Origin: Methylococcaceae bacterium
GTDB lineage: Bacteria; Pseudomonadota; Gammaproteobacteria; Methylococcales; Methylomonadaceae
Assembly (NCBI GenBank): GCA_050303615.1
Contig: JBNLCC010000119.1
Location: 9,812-73,811, forward strand
Reading direction: 5' to 3'
DNA: 64,000 nt
Below the pieces are notes generated by a model that saw only the letters and a program-made list of their open reading frames with translations, ran no database searches and was not told the origin of the DNA. A program made the position numbers and the translations under genes. Shown here piece after piece: positions 9,607 through 19,473 of this stretch. Every line of letters starts with the position of its first letter. The first letter of the stretch is position 1.

Positions 9607-10347
9607 ATGTCAACAAAGCCCGATAGCGTACCTTACCAACCGCCAGTTATTGAGTTTAAAAGCTGTTCGCTAACCATTCCGGTACTGGTTTTACGTGGTA
9701 ACGATCAGCAACTCATTGCTACGCAACTGAAGTCAAAAATTGAGGAGGCGCCTGCCTTTTTTAAAGACTCTCCAGTCATATTTGATCTTAATGACATACG
9801 CGCCAAAAAGCTTGAGTTGGATTTATCCGCATTGACTGACACGGCACGCGCGCTGCAATTGATCCCGATCGGCATTCGCGGCGGATCGGATCAATATAAG
9901 CAATCCGCCCATGAGCTGCAACTAGCGGCTTTTTCGGATTTTGGTTTTAATGTCGCCGCTGCACGCAGACAACCGAAAAAAATAAATATAGAAGCCGAAC
10001 AACAACCGCCCGCCAAGGAATCCAAAGAAACTAAAATAATCACCCAGCCCATCCGATCAGGCCAACGAATCTATGCCTCCGGCGATTTGATTATCACCTC
10101 GCAGGTAGGAGCCGGCTCGGAAATTATGGCGGAAGGCAATATTCACGTCTACGGCGTATTGCGCGGACGTGCTCTCGCAGGGGTAAAAGGCAATACGGAA
10201 TGCCGAATTTTCTGTTCGCAATTACAGGCGGAACTGATTTCAATTGCCGGAATTTACAAAACCTGCGACGAACTGGATGATTCACTCAAGGACCAACCAA
10301 TACAAATTTCCTTGCAAAACCAGGCATTACTAATCAACACTCTTTAA
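9607..10347 (+). CDS. minC: Septum site-determining protein MinC
   Basis: 246 aa. The C-terminal beta-helix motif is GDLIITSQVGAGSEIMAEGNIHVYGVLRGRALAG. It sits immediately upstream of minD and minE. Confidence 0.9.
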   Translation: MSTKPDSVPYQPPVIEFKSCSLTIPVLVLRGNDQQLIATQLKSKIEEAPAFFKDSPVIFDLNDIRAKKLELDLSALTDTARALQLIPIGIRGGSDQYKQSAHELQLAAFSDFGFNVAAARRQPKKINIEAEQQPPAKESKETKIITQPIRSGQRIYASGDLIITSQVGAGSEIMAEGNIHVYGVLRGRALAGVKGNTECRIFCSQLQAELISIAGIYKTCDELDDSLKDQPIQISLQNQALLINTL

Positions 10348-10378
10348 AAATTAAACTGTTTCACCGGAGGATATAGCA

Positions 10379-11188
10379 TTGGCTAGAATTATCGTCGTAA
10401 CATCAGGAAAAGGCGGCGTTGGGAAAACCACAACAAGCGCTGCAATTGCCATGGGTCTTGCAAAAAAAGGTCATAAAACCGCAGTCATTGATTTTGACGT
10501 AGGTCTTCGCAATTTGGATCTAATTATGGGTTGCGAGCGGCGGGTTGTTTATGACTTTATCAATGTCATCAATGAAGAGGCTACCTTAAACCAGGCATTG
10601 ATCCGTGACAAGCGCTGCAACAATCTGTATATTCTCCCGGCTTCCCAAACCCGCGATAAAGATGCGCTAACCAAGGAAGGCGTGGGCAGAGTATTGGACG
10701 AACTGGCAAGAGATTTTAAATATATTGTGTGTGACTCCCCGGCCGGTATTGAAACAGGGGCTAATCTGGCGATGTATTATGCCGATGACGCTTTTGTCGT
10801 TACCAATCCGGAAATCGCCTCGGTCAGAGACTCCGATCGTATGTTAGGCATTTTAGCCAGCAAATCCCGCCGCGCAGAAGAAGGCGATGATCCGATTAAG
10901 GAATATTTACTCTTGACCCGTTATGCGCCTTCCCGGGTCAAATTAGGCGAGATGTTAAGCGTAGATGATATTCAGGAAATCTTGTCGTTGCATCTCCTGG
11001 GCGTGATTCCTGAATCGAAATCGGTGCTCAATGCTTCCAATTCAGGCATGCCTGTCATCCTGGACGAAAAAAGCCCGGCCGGCCAGGCTTATCAGGATAT
11101 CGTCGCGCGCTATTTGGGAGAAAACAGGCCGCATCGGTTTATTGAACATGAGAAAAAAGGCATTTTTGGAAAAATCTTCGGGAATTAA
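10379..11188 (+). CDS. minD: Septum site-determining ATPase MinD
   Basis: 269 aa with a TTG start preceded by GGAGG. It has the deviant Walker A SGKGGVGKTT. Confidence 0.95.
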   Translation: MARIIVVTSGKGGVGKTTTSAAIAMGLAKKGHKTAVIDFDVGLRNLDLIMGCERRVVYDFINVINEEATLNQALIRDKRCNNLYILPASQTRDKDALTKEGVGRVLDELARDFKYIVCDSPAGIETGANLAMYYADDAFVVTNPEIASVRDSDRMLGILASKSRRAEEGDDPIKEYLLLTRYAPSRVKLGEMLSVDDIQEILSLHLLGVIPESKSVLNASNSGMPVILDEKSPAGQAYQDIVARYLGENRPHRFIEHEKKGIFGKIFGN

Positions 11189-11190
11189 TC

Positions 11191-11463
11191 ATGAGCTTAC
11201 TAGATTACTTCAGATCGACAAAAACCGGTTCCGCGGCAACGGCTAAAGAAAGATTGCAGATTCTGGTCGCTCACGATAGAGCCCACCGCGATCAGCCCAC
11301 TTATTTGCCGCAACTGCAAAAAGAACTGCTTGCAGTAGTTAGAAAATATATCAATATAGACCAGGATGCCATTTCAATTAATTTTGAACAGGATGATGAT
11401 CAAGAGGTTTTGGAATTAAACATTGTATTACCCGATGAATATCAGAAAAAATCATCTCATTAA
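11191..11463 (+). CDS. minE: Cell division topological specificity factor MinE
   Basis: 90 aa. The N-terminus MSLLDYFRSTK...AKERLQILVAHDR is typical of MinE. Confidence 0.9.
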   Translation: MSLLDYFRSTKTGSAATAKERLQILVAHDRAHRDQPTYLPQLQKELLAVVRKYINIDQDAISINFEQDDDQEVLELNIVLPDEYQKKSSH

Positions 11464-11483
11464 TTTATGATTAGGTAACCATC

Positions 11484-11681
11484 ATGGAAAATTCAATAGG
11501 CACAGCAGCAGGTAAGATTTGGAATTTTTTGGACCAAAACGGCCCTTGCAGCAGTACAAAAATAGCCAATGAAACCGGCGTTAATAAAAATGATGTGCAG
11601 CGCGCTATCGGTTGGCTGGCTCGGGAAGAGAAAATTGCAATTGAGCAAAAAGGGCGTACGGAACTAATTTCCTTGAAATAA
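11484..11681 (+). CDS. Small winged-helix protein (DUF2582-like)
   Basis: 65 aa. The pattern IGTAAGKIWNFLDQNG...AIGWLAREEKIAIEQKGRTELISLK matches the short wHTH family as I recall it. Confidence 0.7.
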   Translation: MENSIGTAAGKIWNFLDQNGPCSSTKIANETGVNKNDVQRAIGWLAREEKIAIEQKGRTELISLK

Positions 11682-11710
11682 GTTTCCATAATACCGTTAC
11701 CTTTGCCCCC

Positions 11711-11734
11711 ACCTTCCCTGGCCGGAAGGTTTAT
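11711..11734 (+). terminator. Weak intrinsic terminator candidate
   Basis: 7-bp stem ACCTTCC/GGAAGGT with a 6-nt loop, followed by TTAT. It lies 30 nt after the stop of the wHTH gene. Confidence 0.35.
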
Positions 11735-11898
11735 CGATCGGCAAGTAAAGCTCATACGACTCCTTCAAGAGGGGAGACACTTGCTTCCTGTCGGCAGCGC
11801 CGGCGTTTGGCCGACTAAGTGCCTTGCCGTTATGCTAAGCCGGGCTCTAATAACTTTGTAGTCAGACCCCCCCTCTACATCTTCACTATTCGGTATTT

Positions 11899-13260
11899 CT
11901 ATAATAAATAGATTGAGGCTAAACCCAGAAAGGCCCAAAAACCGACCATATCGGTTATAGTCGTCAATATGACCCCACCGGCCAGAGCAGGATCGACCTT
12001 AATTTGCTGCAGCAATAACGGAATCATTGCCCCGGCCAGAGCGGCACAAACCAAATTGATAATCATCGCACAGCCTAAAATAAAACCGATACCGGCACTA
12101 TGGAACCAAATACCACCAATCGCAGCAACCACAAAAGCCCACAGCACGCCGTTCAAGGCACCGATCGACAGCTCTTTGAAAACCAGGATATGGGCATTGC
12201 TGTGGCCTATCTGCCTTAATGCCATGCCACGTACAACCAACGTTAGTGTTTGACTGCCGGCAATACCGCCCATACTGGCAACGATCGGCATCAACACCGC
12301 CAAGGCAACAATTTTATCCAGGGCTATTTCAAATAAGCCTATCACCCAAGAGGCCATCAAGGCAGTAAACAGATTCACTCCCAACCACAGGGCTCGTCGT
12401 TTTGCGCTGAGCACCACAGGTGCAAACATATCCTGCTCCTCATCCAACCCCGCTCTACTCATTATCGAATGGTCCGCTTCCTCCCTAATCACATCCACCA
12501 CATCGTCAATGGTTATTCTACCCAACAGTTTGCCGTCACTATCGATGACAGGCGCAGAAATCAGATTCCGTTGTTCAAACAACAAAGCGACTTCCGCCGA
12601 AGATAAATTGGCGGGAATGCCATGCACCGTTGCATCCATCAATTCCGCGACCGTGCTGCCGGGATCATTGGTCAACAAAACTGAAATCGGCAGTACGCCT
12701 TGCAGGTAATCCTCTCTGTCGACCACGATAAAGCTGTCGGTTAATGCCGGCATTTGACCACGCAGCCGTAGATAGCGCAGCACCACTTCCAGGGTCACGT
12801 CGGAACGCAACGTCAAGGTGTCCAGACTCATCAGCCCGCCGGCACTATCGTCATCGTAGGATAATACCGATTCGATACGTGCCCGGTTCTGCTTGTCCAT
12901 GGATTCAAGCAGCTTTTGTAGCACCACCGCCGGGAAATTGCGTACCAAGTCGACTAAATCATCGGACTCCAGATTCTCTGCCGCACTGACCAAATCCGCG
13001 GCATCGGTTGCTTCGATCAAACCGGTCCTGACTTCTTCATTCAACTCGACCAATACTTCGCCGGCCAAGCTGGGATCAACCAGTTCCCAAACAACGTTGC
13101 GGTCATCCGGCCGCAAAGATTCCAATAAATGGGCGATTTCTGCCGGATACAGCGTATTGATCAAGTTACCGACCGAAAGCGGCGAGCCGCTCTGCAGTTG
13201 TTTTAGCAGTTGCTCCAAGTATTGTTTGTTATTATCTTGTTGCGTCGTGTTAAGCATCAC
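11899..13260 (-). CDS. mgtE: Magnesium transporter MgtE
   Basis: 453 aa with an N-domain, a CBS pair and a C-terminal 5-TM MgtE channel domain (...GIAGSQTLTLVVRGMAL...). Confidence 0.9.
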   Translation of the reverse strand: MMLNTTQQDNNKQYLEQLLKQLQSGSPLSVGNLINTLYPAEIAHLLESLRPDDRNVVWELVDPSLAGEVLVELNEEVRTGLIEATDAADLVSAAENLESDDLVDLVRNFPAVVLQKLLESMDKQNRARIESVLSYDDDSAGGLMSLDTLTLRSDVTLEVVLRYLRLRGQMPALTDSFIVVDREDYLQGVLPISVLLTNDPGSTVAELMDATVHGIPANLSSAEVALLFEQRNLISAPVIDSDGKLLGRITIDDVVDVIREEADHSIMSRAGLDEEQDMFAPVVLSAKRRALWLGVNLFTALMASWVIGLFEIALDKIVALAVLMPIVASMGGIAGSQTLTLVVRGMALRQIGHSNAHILVFKELSIGALNGVLWAFVVAAIGGIWFHSAGIGFILGCAMIINLVCAALAGAMIPLLLQQIKVDPALAGGVILTTITDMVGFWAFLGLASIYLL

Positions 13261-13335
13261 TAGAAAATACCGAATTGCTTTGAAAATATCGTGGCATGTC
13301 TCGCCGGGATGAAATTGCCGGACAGCACCGACGCA

Positions 13336-14193
13336 CTAAAACAATTCCCGATGCCGTTTGATGGCATTCATTCCGAAGCCTTTAAAATATCCTGCCAGCC
13401 TATCGACCAGATATACCGAGCGATGTCGCCCGCCGGTGCAGCCGACCGCGATGGTCAGATAACTTCGATTTTCGGATTCAAAGCGGGGAATCCATTTTTC
13501 CAGAAAACCTGTGATATCCTGAAAGAATTCCGCAACTATCGCCGCACTGTCCAAAAAATCGATCACCGCCTGATCCTTGCCGGTCAGCCCTCTCAGCTCC
13601 GGTACCCAATAAGGATTGGGTAGGCTCCGCGCATCAAAAATAAAATCGGCATCCATCGGAATGCCATGCTTAAAACCAAAAGACTGAAATTGCAGCGATA
13701 AATGAGGCTGTATTTTTTCCGCAACCTGATTTTTTATCAGCTCACGAAGTTGGTGGAAATGTGTGCGGCTGGTATCGATCACCAAATCGGCACAGTTCGA
13801 CACCGATTTCAGAATTTCCTTTTCAATCCTGATCGCATCGTGTAATGACAAATTGGAATCAGTTAACGGATGACGTCTGCGCGTTTCACTGTAGCGTTTC
13901 AGTAAAGTACCTTCTTCCGCCTGCATAAAAAAAACCTCACATACAATCCCTTTATTGCGGATAAAAGCCAATTTCTCATTGAATTCGCTCAGATCCTCAC
14001 TTTGATTTCTGGCATCGATGCCAATGGCGGTTTTACGGTACTTCTCCTGCTCAATCAACATCACACTGTTGATAAAGCTTTCCAGCAAAGTTACCGGCAG
14101 GTTATCAATGCAATAATATCCACAGTCTTCCAAGGTATCTAGTGCAATGCTTTTTCCCGATCCGGAAAGTCCGCTAACAATGAGAAGTTTCAT
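13336..14193 (-). CDS. rapZ: RNase adapter protein RapZ
   Basis: 285 aa. It has the Walker A GLSGSGKS and the C-terminal motif GCTGGRHRSV. Confidence 0.9.
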   Translation of the reverse strand: MKLLIVSGLSGSGKSIALDTLEDCGYYCIDNLPVTLLESFINSVMLIEQEKYRKTAIGIDARNQSEDLSEFNEKLAFIRNKGIVCEVFFMQAEEGTLLKRYSETRRRHPLTDSNLSLHDAIRIEKEILKSVSNCADLVIDTSRTHFHQLRELIKNQVAEKIQPHLSLQFQSFGFKHGIPMDADFIFDARSLPNPYWVPELRGLTGKDQAVIDFLDSAAIVAEFFQDITGFLEKWIPRFESENRSYLTIAVGCTGGRHRSVYLVDRLAGYFKGFGMNAIKRHRELF

Positions 14194-14228
14194 AACAATT
14201 TATCGAAAAGTGCTTTTTTTACCCGACA

Positions 14229-14254
14229 TAAAAAAGGGCGACTGTTGCCGCCCT
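14229..14254 (-). terminator. Intrinsic terminator after hpf
   Basis: On the minus strand the stem AAGGGCG/CGCCCTT has an 8-nt loop and is followed by a U-run. It lies 24 nt downstream of the hpf stop. Confidence 0.6.
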
Positions 14255-14277
14255 TGACGATTCAACCCGACAAGCGG

Positions 14278-14571
14278 CTAAATACGGTGATTGGATAATT
14301 TTTCCTTATGCCGTAAAATCTGCCTGTCCAGCTTGTCCACCAAGCCATCGATAGCGGCGTACATATCTTGCTGACGATCTTCCGCAAACAGTTTGGCACC
14401 GCTGATCTGTACGGTTGCCTCCGCCTTCTGATCCAGTTTCTCAACTGTTAAAATCACATGTACATCTGTAACATGGTCAAAATGACGTTCCAGCCTATCA
14501 AATTTTGATTCGACATATGTTTTCAAAGCCTCTGTCACATCAAGATGGTGGCCTGTTACGCTAATTTGCAT
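14278..14571 (-). CDS. hpf: Ribosome hibernation promoting factor (short HPF/YhbH type)
   Basis: 97 aa. MQISVTGHHLDVTEALKTYVESKFDRLERHF is the canonical S30AE-family N-terminus. The gene is directly downstream of rpoN. Confidence 0.9.
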   Translation of the reverse strand: MQISVTGHHLDVTEALKTYVESKFDRLERHFDHVTDVHVILTVEKLDQKAEATVQISGAKLFAEDRQQDMYAAIDGLVDKLDRQILRHKEKLSNHRI

Positions 14572-14619
14572 GGAATTTTCTCCTAATTATAAAAATTTCT
14601 CAATTATGGCAGCCCGACG

Positions 14620-16065
14620 TCATAAAAAACGCTTTCTTTGGCTGGACGAAGGTATGGACATTGCTTCACGGTATTTTGCGATAGTCCGCCGTGCAACATT
14701 AATCCCTTTTTCCTTTAGTAAATCGGATATTTTACTATCACTTAACGGTTTTACCGGACTTTCATTGCCAATCAATTCCTTGATAAATGCTCTGATGGCT
14801 GTCGACGAACATTCACCGCCTCCTACAGTGGATACATGACTGGAAAAGAAATATTTAAATTCAAAAATTCCGTTCGGGGTGTGCATGTATTTCTGTGTCG
14901 TTACCCTGGATATGGTTGATTCATGCAACTCCAATTCTTCGGCAATATTTCTCAATACCATGGGTTTCATGGCAATTTGACCGTGCTCCAAAAATCCGGT
15001 TTGTTTTTCCACAATACTCCTCGCTACCCTCAACAAGGTATCATTCCGGCTATGCAGACTTTTAATAAACCAGCGGGCCTCCTGCAAGTGGTCCCGCATG
15101 CAGGAGTTGTCCTTACTGTTATCGGCTCTTTTGATCATTCCCGAATAAAAAGGATTGATACGCAATTTAGGTGCGATATCCGGGTTGAGCTCCACCTGCC
15201 AGACCCCCTTCACCTTGGTTACAAAAACGTCAGGGACTATATATTCGGAATCGTTGCTCTGCAATTGACTGCCGGGCTTTGGGTCCAGCGACCTGATTAA
15301 ATCGATCACTTTATTCAACTGGTGTTCGCTAATCCCCAGACGCTTAATGAGTTTTCCCTGGTCATGTGCGGCTAAAAGTTCAAGATGATTGGTGACTAAA
15401 TCGATCGCCATCTCCCTTTCATCGGTTGCTTCAGGTAATTGCAGCAACTGTCGGCGCAAACAATCGCTTAAATCAACGGCAACCACCCCGGCAGGATCTA
15501 AATTCTGCAGGCGATGTAATACTGCAAGCAGCTCATCCTGTTCCAGATCTTCCAGCTGGGACAATAACCCCTGATAAATTTCATCAATCGTGTTAATTAA
15601 ATAACCGTCCTCATTGACCGAGTCAATAATTGCCAATGCAATGGCATGATCCCGCTCGCTAAAGGGGAGCATTTCAAGCTGCCATATCAGATGATCTGAT
15701 AAGGTTTCCGATTTGCTGCGCTGCTGTTCGTAATCCGGCCCCTCAGCGGTACTGTTTATCGTGGCAACTTGAACGTTCTCGTAAATATCATCCCAGGTCG
15801 TATCGATAGGCAATTCTTCCGGAATTTCATTCTGAGAGCCTTCGCTGGTGGCCCGGTCAACATCGTTAGTTTTTGCCGGCCGATCATATTCTTCCTGAGC
15901 AGTGCCATCCTCCTCGACCACTTCCAGCATCATATTCGATTCTAAAGCCTGTTGGATCTCCAACTGTAAATCCAGGGTGGACAATTGCAACAATTTAATT
16001 GCCTGCTGCAATTGAGGCGTCATCGTAAGTTGCTGACCTAAACGAAGTTGTAAGGATTGTTTCAT
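14620..16065 (-). CDS. rpoN: RNA polymerase sigma-54 factor RpoN
   Basis: 481 aa. It has the Gln/Leu-rich region I (MKQSLQLRLGQQLTMTPQLQQAIKLLQLS) and the RpoN box ARRTIAKYR. Confidence 0.97.
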   Translation of the reverse strand: MKQSLQLRLGQQLTMTPQLQQAIKLLQLSTLDLQLEIQQALESNMMLEVVEEDGTAQEEYDRPAKTNDVDRATSEGSQNEIPEELPIDTTWDDIYENVQVATINSTAEGPDYEQQRSKSETLSDHLIWQLEMLPFSERDHAIALAIIDSVNEDGYLINTIDEIYQGLLSQLEDLEQDELLAVLHRLQNLDPAGVVAVDLSDCLRRQLLQLPEATDEREMAIDLVTNHLELLAAHDQGKLIKRLGISEHQLNKVIDLIRSLDPKPGSQLQSNDSEYIVPDVFVTKVKGVWQVELNPDIAPKLRINPFYSGMIKRADNSKDNSCMRDHLQEARWFIKSLHSRNDTLLRVARSIVEKQTGFLEHGQIAMKPMVLRNIAEELELHESTISRVTTQKYMHTPNGIFEFKYFFSSHVSTVGGGECSSTAIRAFIKELIGNESPVKPLSDSKISDLLKEKGINVARRTIAKYREAMSIPSSSQRKRFL

Positions 16066-16087
16066 ACTGTTATCTGTTCAAAGCTAA

Positions 16088-16813
16088 TTAAAGACTGAAA
16101 TGCTCACCGAGATAAACCTTCCTTACTTCTTCATTGGCGATAATTTCTTCCGCGCCGCCTTCAGCAATTACCTGACCGTCATTTAGGATGTAAGCGCGGT
16201 CACAAATACCCAATGTTTCGCGAACATTATGCTCAGTAATTAATATACCTATATTTCTTTCCCTTAAATGGTGAATAATTTTCTGGATGTCGATAACGGA
16301 AATTGGATCTACACCGGCAAACGGCTCATCAAGCAATATAAATTGCGGATCCGTCGCCAATGCCCTGGCAATTTCCACCCTGCGCCGCTCGCCTCCCGAT
16401 AACCCCATCGCCGCATTGTGGCGAATATAGGTTATACTGAATTCTTCCAATAATTCCTCAATAATTAATTCTACCTGTCCTTCCGTTAAATCGGAACGAA
16501 TTTGTAAAACGGCTCGCAAATTGTCTTCAACACTGAGTTTTCGGAAAATTGACGGTTCCTGGGGCAAATATCCAACGCCCATTCTGGCTCTCATATGCAT
16601 CGGATAATGGGTAACAACCTGATCATTGAGAATGATTTCCCCGTCATCCGCTTTGATCAATCCCACCATCATGTAAAAACTCGTTGTTTTCCCGGCGCCG
16701 TTGGGTCCCAATAACCCGACCACTTCACCTGCATCGACATGTAGCGATACGCCATTGACGACGTTACGCTTGCTATAATTTTTCATCAGGTGCTTTGCTG
16801 CCAGTCTAGTCAT
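16088..16813 (-). CDS. lptB: LPS export ABC transporter ATPase LptB
   Basis: 241 aa. It has the Walker [10 protein letters not shown] and the signature LSGGERRR. It is positioned between lptA and rpoN. Confidence 0.95.
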   Translation of the reverse strand: MTRLAAKHLMKNYSKRNVVNGVSLHVDAGEVVGLLGPNGAGKTTSFYMMVGLIKADDGEIILNDQVVTHYPMHMRARMGVGYLPQEPSIFRKLSVEDNLRAVLQIRSDLTEGQVELIIEELLEEFSITYIRHNAAMGLSGGERRRVEIARALATDPQFILLDEPFAGVDPISVIDIQKIIHHLRERNIGILITEHNVRETLGICDRAYILNDGQVIAEGGAEEIIANEEVRKVYLGEHFSL

Positions 16814-16814
16814 A

Positions 16815-17366
16815 TTATTTGGAGTTCGTTTTCTCTTTCGGGTTCAATATAACCCGGACTCTTTTAGTATCCGTCGCTTTCTCTCCCGCTCTTACAATGG
16901 CGTTTTTACTGTCGTATTTTATGATCTCGCTGGCGTAAGTATTATTTCCCTGCCAGACAATCGCATCATCGATTAAAATCAGTAATTCCTTATTGGGGTA
17001 ATATTCGGCTTTTAACGACTTGCCCCGCATCTCCTCTTTGCCTTCCGAAGGAATTTGCCTGAATCTGGCCGGTTTACCGGTTGCCACCATTTTCTCAACC
17101 CGGCCATTGCGGAGGTAAACAACCAATTTGTCGGACTTTACACGAAGTGTACCCTGCACCAAATCGACATTGCCCGTATAAATACTGACTTCTTTATTTT
17201 CATCGTAAGTAGCAGTATTGGAATCAATGGTGATCGGCTGATCCCTATCGCTTTTTAACGCGAAGGCAAGCGGATCATGAATGATAAAAAGTATTAATCC
17301 GTAAAAAAAAATTCTTGTCAATTTACATAACTTCATACTTGCTCCGAACATTGGAGATAAATTCAA
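16815..17366 (-). CDS. lptA: LPS transport periplasmic protein LptA
   Basis: 183-aa ORF with a signal peptide and an OstA-like fold pattern ([15 protein letters not shown]...). The true start may be the Met at 17336. Confidence 0.85.
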   Translation of the reverse strand: MNLSPMFGASMKLCKLTRIFFYGLILFIIHDPLAFALKSDRDQPITIDSNTATYDENKEVSIYTGNVDLVQGTLRVKSDKLVVYLRNGRVEKMVATGKPARFRQIPSEGKEEMRGKSLKAEYYPNKELLILIDDAIVWQGNNTYASEIIKYDSKNAIVRAGEKATDTKRVRVILNPKEKTNSK

Positions 17367-17886
17367 GATGAACCGGTTTTTGAAAAAACACTTTCATCCC
17401 GGTACCGGATACCCAATCCGGAGGAGTAATCAGTTCTGCCCATTCATCGGTTTCCGCATAATTTTCCTTCGGCCTGACTTTCAGATTGCTGGTATTCACC
17501 TTAACCGACCTGACTCCTGGTGCTTGCTCACGGACAATGAAAACCTTACCGTTTAAAAACAAATCCTGCCGATCTGCTGAAAGTAGACCGGTTTCCGAGC
17601 TGACGACCCACGGTGGCGTCTCCTCGTTGTAAAAAGTCATCACCGGGTTAAGCATTTCGATGGTATTGTCGTCGCTATAATGCATCATGCGGTCCGTCAC
17701 CAGTTCATTCTCGGGTTTTCCGGTCAAATCCATTTCAATTTTGTTGTAACCGATACTAAAGTAATCCGGGCTATGCGGCGGTACTTGCTTTATCACCGTC
17801 ACTTCACCTGCAAAATATTCCACAAGCCACCAGCTAACGACCCCCAGAACCAGCATATAATAATATTCTTTTTTATGTTCTATCAT
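17323..17886 (-). CDS. lptC: LPS export system protein LptC
   Basis: 187 aa with a single N-terminal TM segment. It is positioned between kdsC and lptA. Confidence 0.8.
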   Translation of the reverse strand: MIEHKKEYYYMLVLGVVSWWLVEYFAGEVTVIKQVPPHSPDYFSIGYNKIEMDLTGKPENELVTDRMMHYSDDNTIEMLNPVMTFYNEETPPWVVSSETGLLSADRQDLFLNGKVFIVREQAPGVRSVKVNTSNLKVRPKENYAETDEWAELITPPDWVSGTGMKVFFQKPVHLEFISNVRSKYEVM

Positions 17887-18431
17887 TATAAATATGACCG
17901 GATCACAGCGTCCATATTTCCCTGGGCCCGCATAATTAAGTCACAGACTTCCCTGACAGCGCCCTGGCCGCCAGGCAGGCAAGTGCACCATTGCACGTAG
18001 TCTTTAACCGCAAAATTGGCATCATGAACTGCAATTGACAAACCGACTCGACTCAATACCGGCAAATCAAGCAGATCATCGCCAACAAAGGCAACCTGTT
18101 CCTTATCAACAGCCAAAGCCTGCAAGAGTTCTTCAAAAGCCGCCAGTTTATTTTGCTGTCCTTGAAAAACATATTCAATACCCAAATTCTTCATTCTCAA
18201 CGCCACTGAGTCGGATTTTCTACCGGAAATTACCGCAACTTCGACACCGGTTTGACGCAACAGCTTAATTCCGTGACCGTCTCTGGCATGAAATGACTTA
18301 TACTCTTTGCCCCGATCATCAAAAAAAAGCTTACCGTCAGTCAGCACACCATCAACATCCAATATCAGTAATTTTATTTTTTTCGCTTTGTCAATGATCT
18401 GCTGCATTGTTAATGTTCGTTTTTGATTCAT
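17886..18431 (-). CDS. kdsC: KDO 8-phosphate phosphatase KdsC
   Basis: 181 aa. It has the HAD motif LLILDVDGVLTDG and the motif FVGDDLLDLP. Confidence 0.9.
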   Translation of the reverse strand: MNQKRTLTMQQIIDKAKKIKLLILDVDGVLTDGKLFFDDRGKEYKSFHARDGHGIKLLRQTGVEVAVISGRKSDSVALRMKNLGIEYVFQGQQNKLAAFEELLQALAVDKEQVAFVGDDLLDLPVLSRVGLSIAVHDANFAVKDYVQWCTCLPGGQGAVREVCDLIMRAQGNMDAVIRSYL

Positions 18432-18484
18432 TTATGCTGCTTGGTATTAAACACCGCCGCCATCACAGAATTACATTAGGGTAC

Positions 18485-19456
18485 TCAAATGATACCGGCA
18501 TTAATCAAATCATGCATATTCAGAGCGCCTATCACACATTGCGCATCATCCACCACCAATAACGCATTGATTTTTTTTTCCTGCATAATTTGCATCGCTT
18601 CGGCAGCCAGCGTTTGTTCCGAGATGACCGTGCAATTGCGGGTCATTACTTCCGAAATGACGGTATGTTGAAAATCCAAATTTTTTTCCAGCATGCGGCG
18701 TAAATCGCCATCGGTAAAGATTCCTACCACCCTCGATTGTTGATCGACAACAGCGGTCATGCCCAATTTCTTTTCTGTCATTTCCATCAAGGCATCTTTC
18801 AACATTGCCGTCTCGAACACAGCGGGTATTCCGGCTCCGGTATGCATCAAGTCGTCCACCACCAGCAATAACCGTTTTCCCAAGCTACCGCCCGGATGCG
18901 AAAGCGCAAAATCATGTTGCGTAAATCCCCTCGCCTCAAGCAGCGAAACAGCCAAAGCATCCCCCATCACCAAGGCCGCAGTGGTACTTGAGGTGGGAGC
19001 AAGACCTAAGGGGCAGGCTTCCTGCTCCACACCGACATCAATATGCACTGTAGAAAATCCGGCTAGTGCCGAATCAGGATTGCCTGTCATCGCTATCAAC
19101 GCCACCCCCAGACGCTTGATGATCGGCAATATGGTTAACAACTCAGTGGTTTCCCCGGAGTTGGACAAAGCCAAAACCACATCCTGGGTCGTTATCATAC
19201 CCAGATCACCATGACTGGCTTCGCCCGGATGCACAAAAAAAGCGGGTGTTCCGGTGCTCGCCAAAGTAGCGGCTATTTTACCGCCTATGTGCCCCGATTT
19301 GCCCATCCCGGTTACAACCACCCGGCCTTTACATGAAAGCATCAATTGGCAGGCGGCAACAAAATTCTCATTGATTCGTTCCGCAAGCGCAATAACCGAC
19401 CGGGACTCCAAATCGATCACCGTTAACGCGGATTGCTGCAGACTATGTTTATTCAT
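18485..19456 (-). CDS. kdsD: Arabinose-5-phosphate isomerase KdsD (SIS + CBS pair)
   Basis: It has the SIS motif VVVTGMGKSGHIG and a C-terminal CBS pair. I chose the start MNKHSLQQ at 19456 because the longer ORF (to 19558) would overlap the upstream gene. Confidence 0.9.
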   Translation of the reverse strand: MNKHSLQQSALTVIDLESRSVIALAERINENFVAACQLMLSCKGRVVVTGMGKSGHIGGKIAATLASTGTPAFFVHPGEASHGDLGMITTQDVVLALSNSGETTELLTILPIIKRLGVALIAMTGNPDSALAGFSTVHIDVGVEQEACPLGLAPTSSTTAALVMGDALAVSLLEARGFTQHDFALSHPGGSLGKRLLLVVDDLMHTGAGIPAVFETAMLKDALMEMTEKKLGMTAVVDQQSRVVGIFTDGDLRRMLEKNLDFQHTVISEVMTRNCTVISEQTLAAEAMQIMQEKKINALLVVDDAQCVIGALNMHDLINAGII

Positions 19457-19473
19457 TAGGTAAGCCTTTAACA

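Noticed and set aside
11471-11755. 94-aa minus-strand ORF antisense to the small wHTH gene
   Set aside because: The plus-strand 65-aa product matches a known short winged-helix pattern and follows minE closely. The minus-strand product has no features.
11899-16065. Absence of ptsN and npr from the rpoN-hpf-rapZ cluster (mgtE follows rapZ instead)
   Set aside because: The composition of this cluster varies between lineages. I cannot call it unusual without comparative data, so I did not raise it as a finding.
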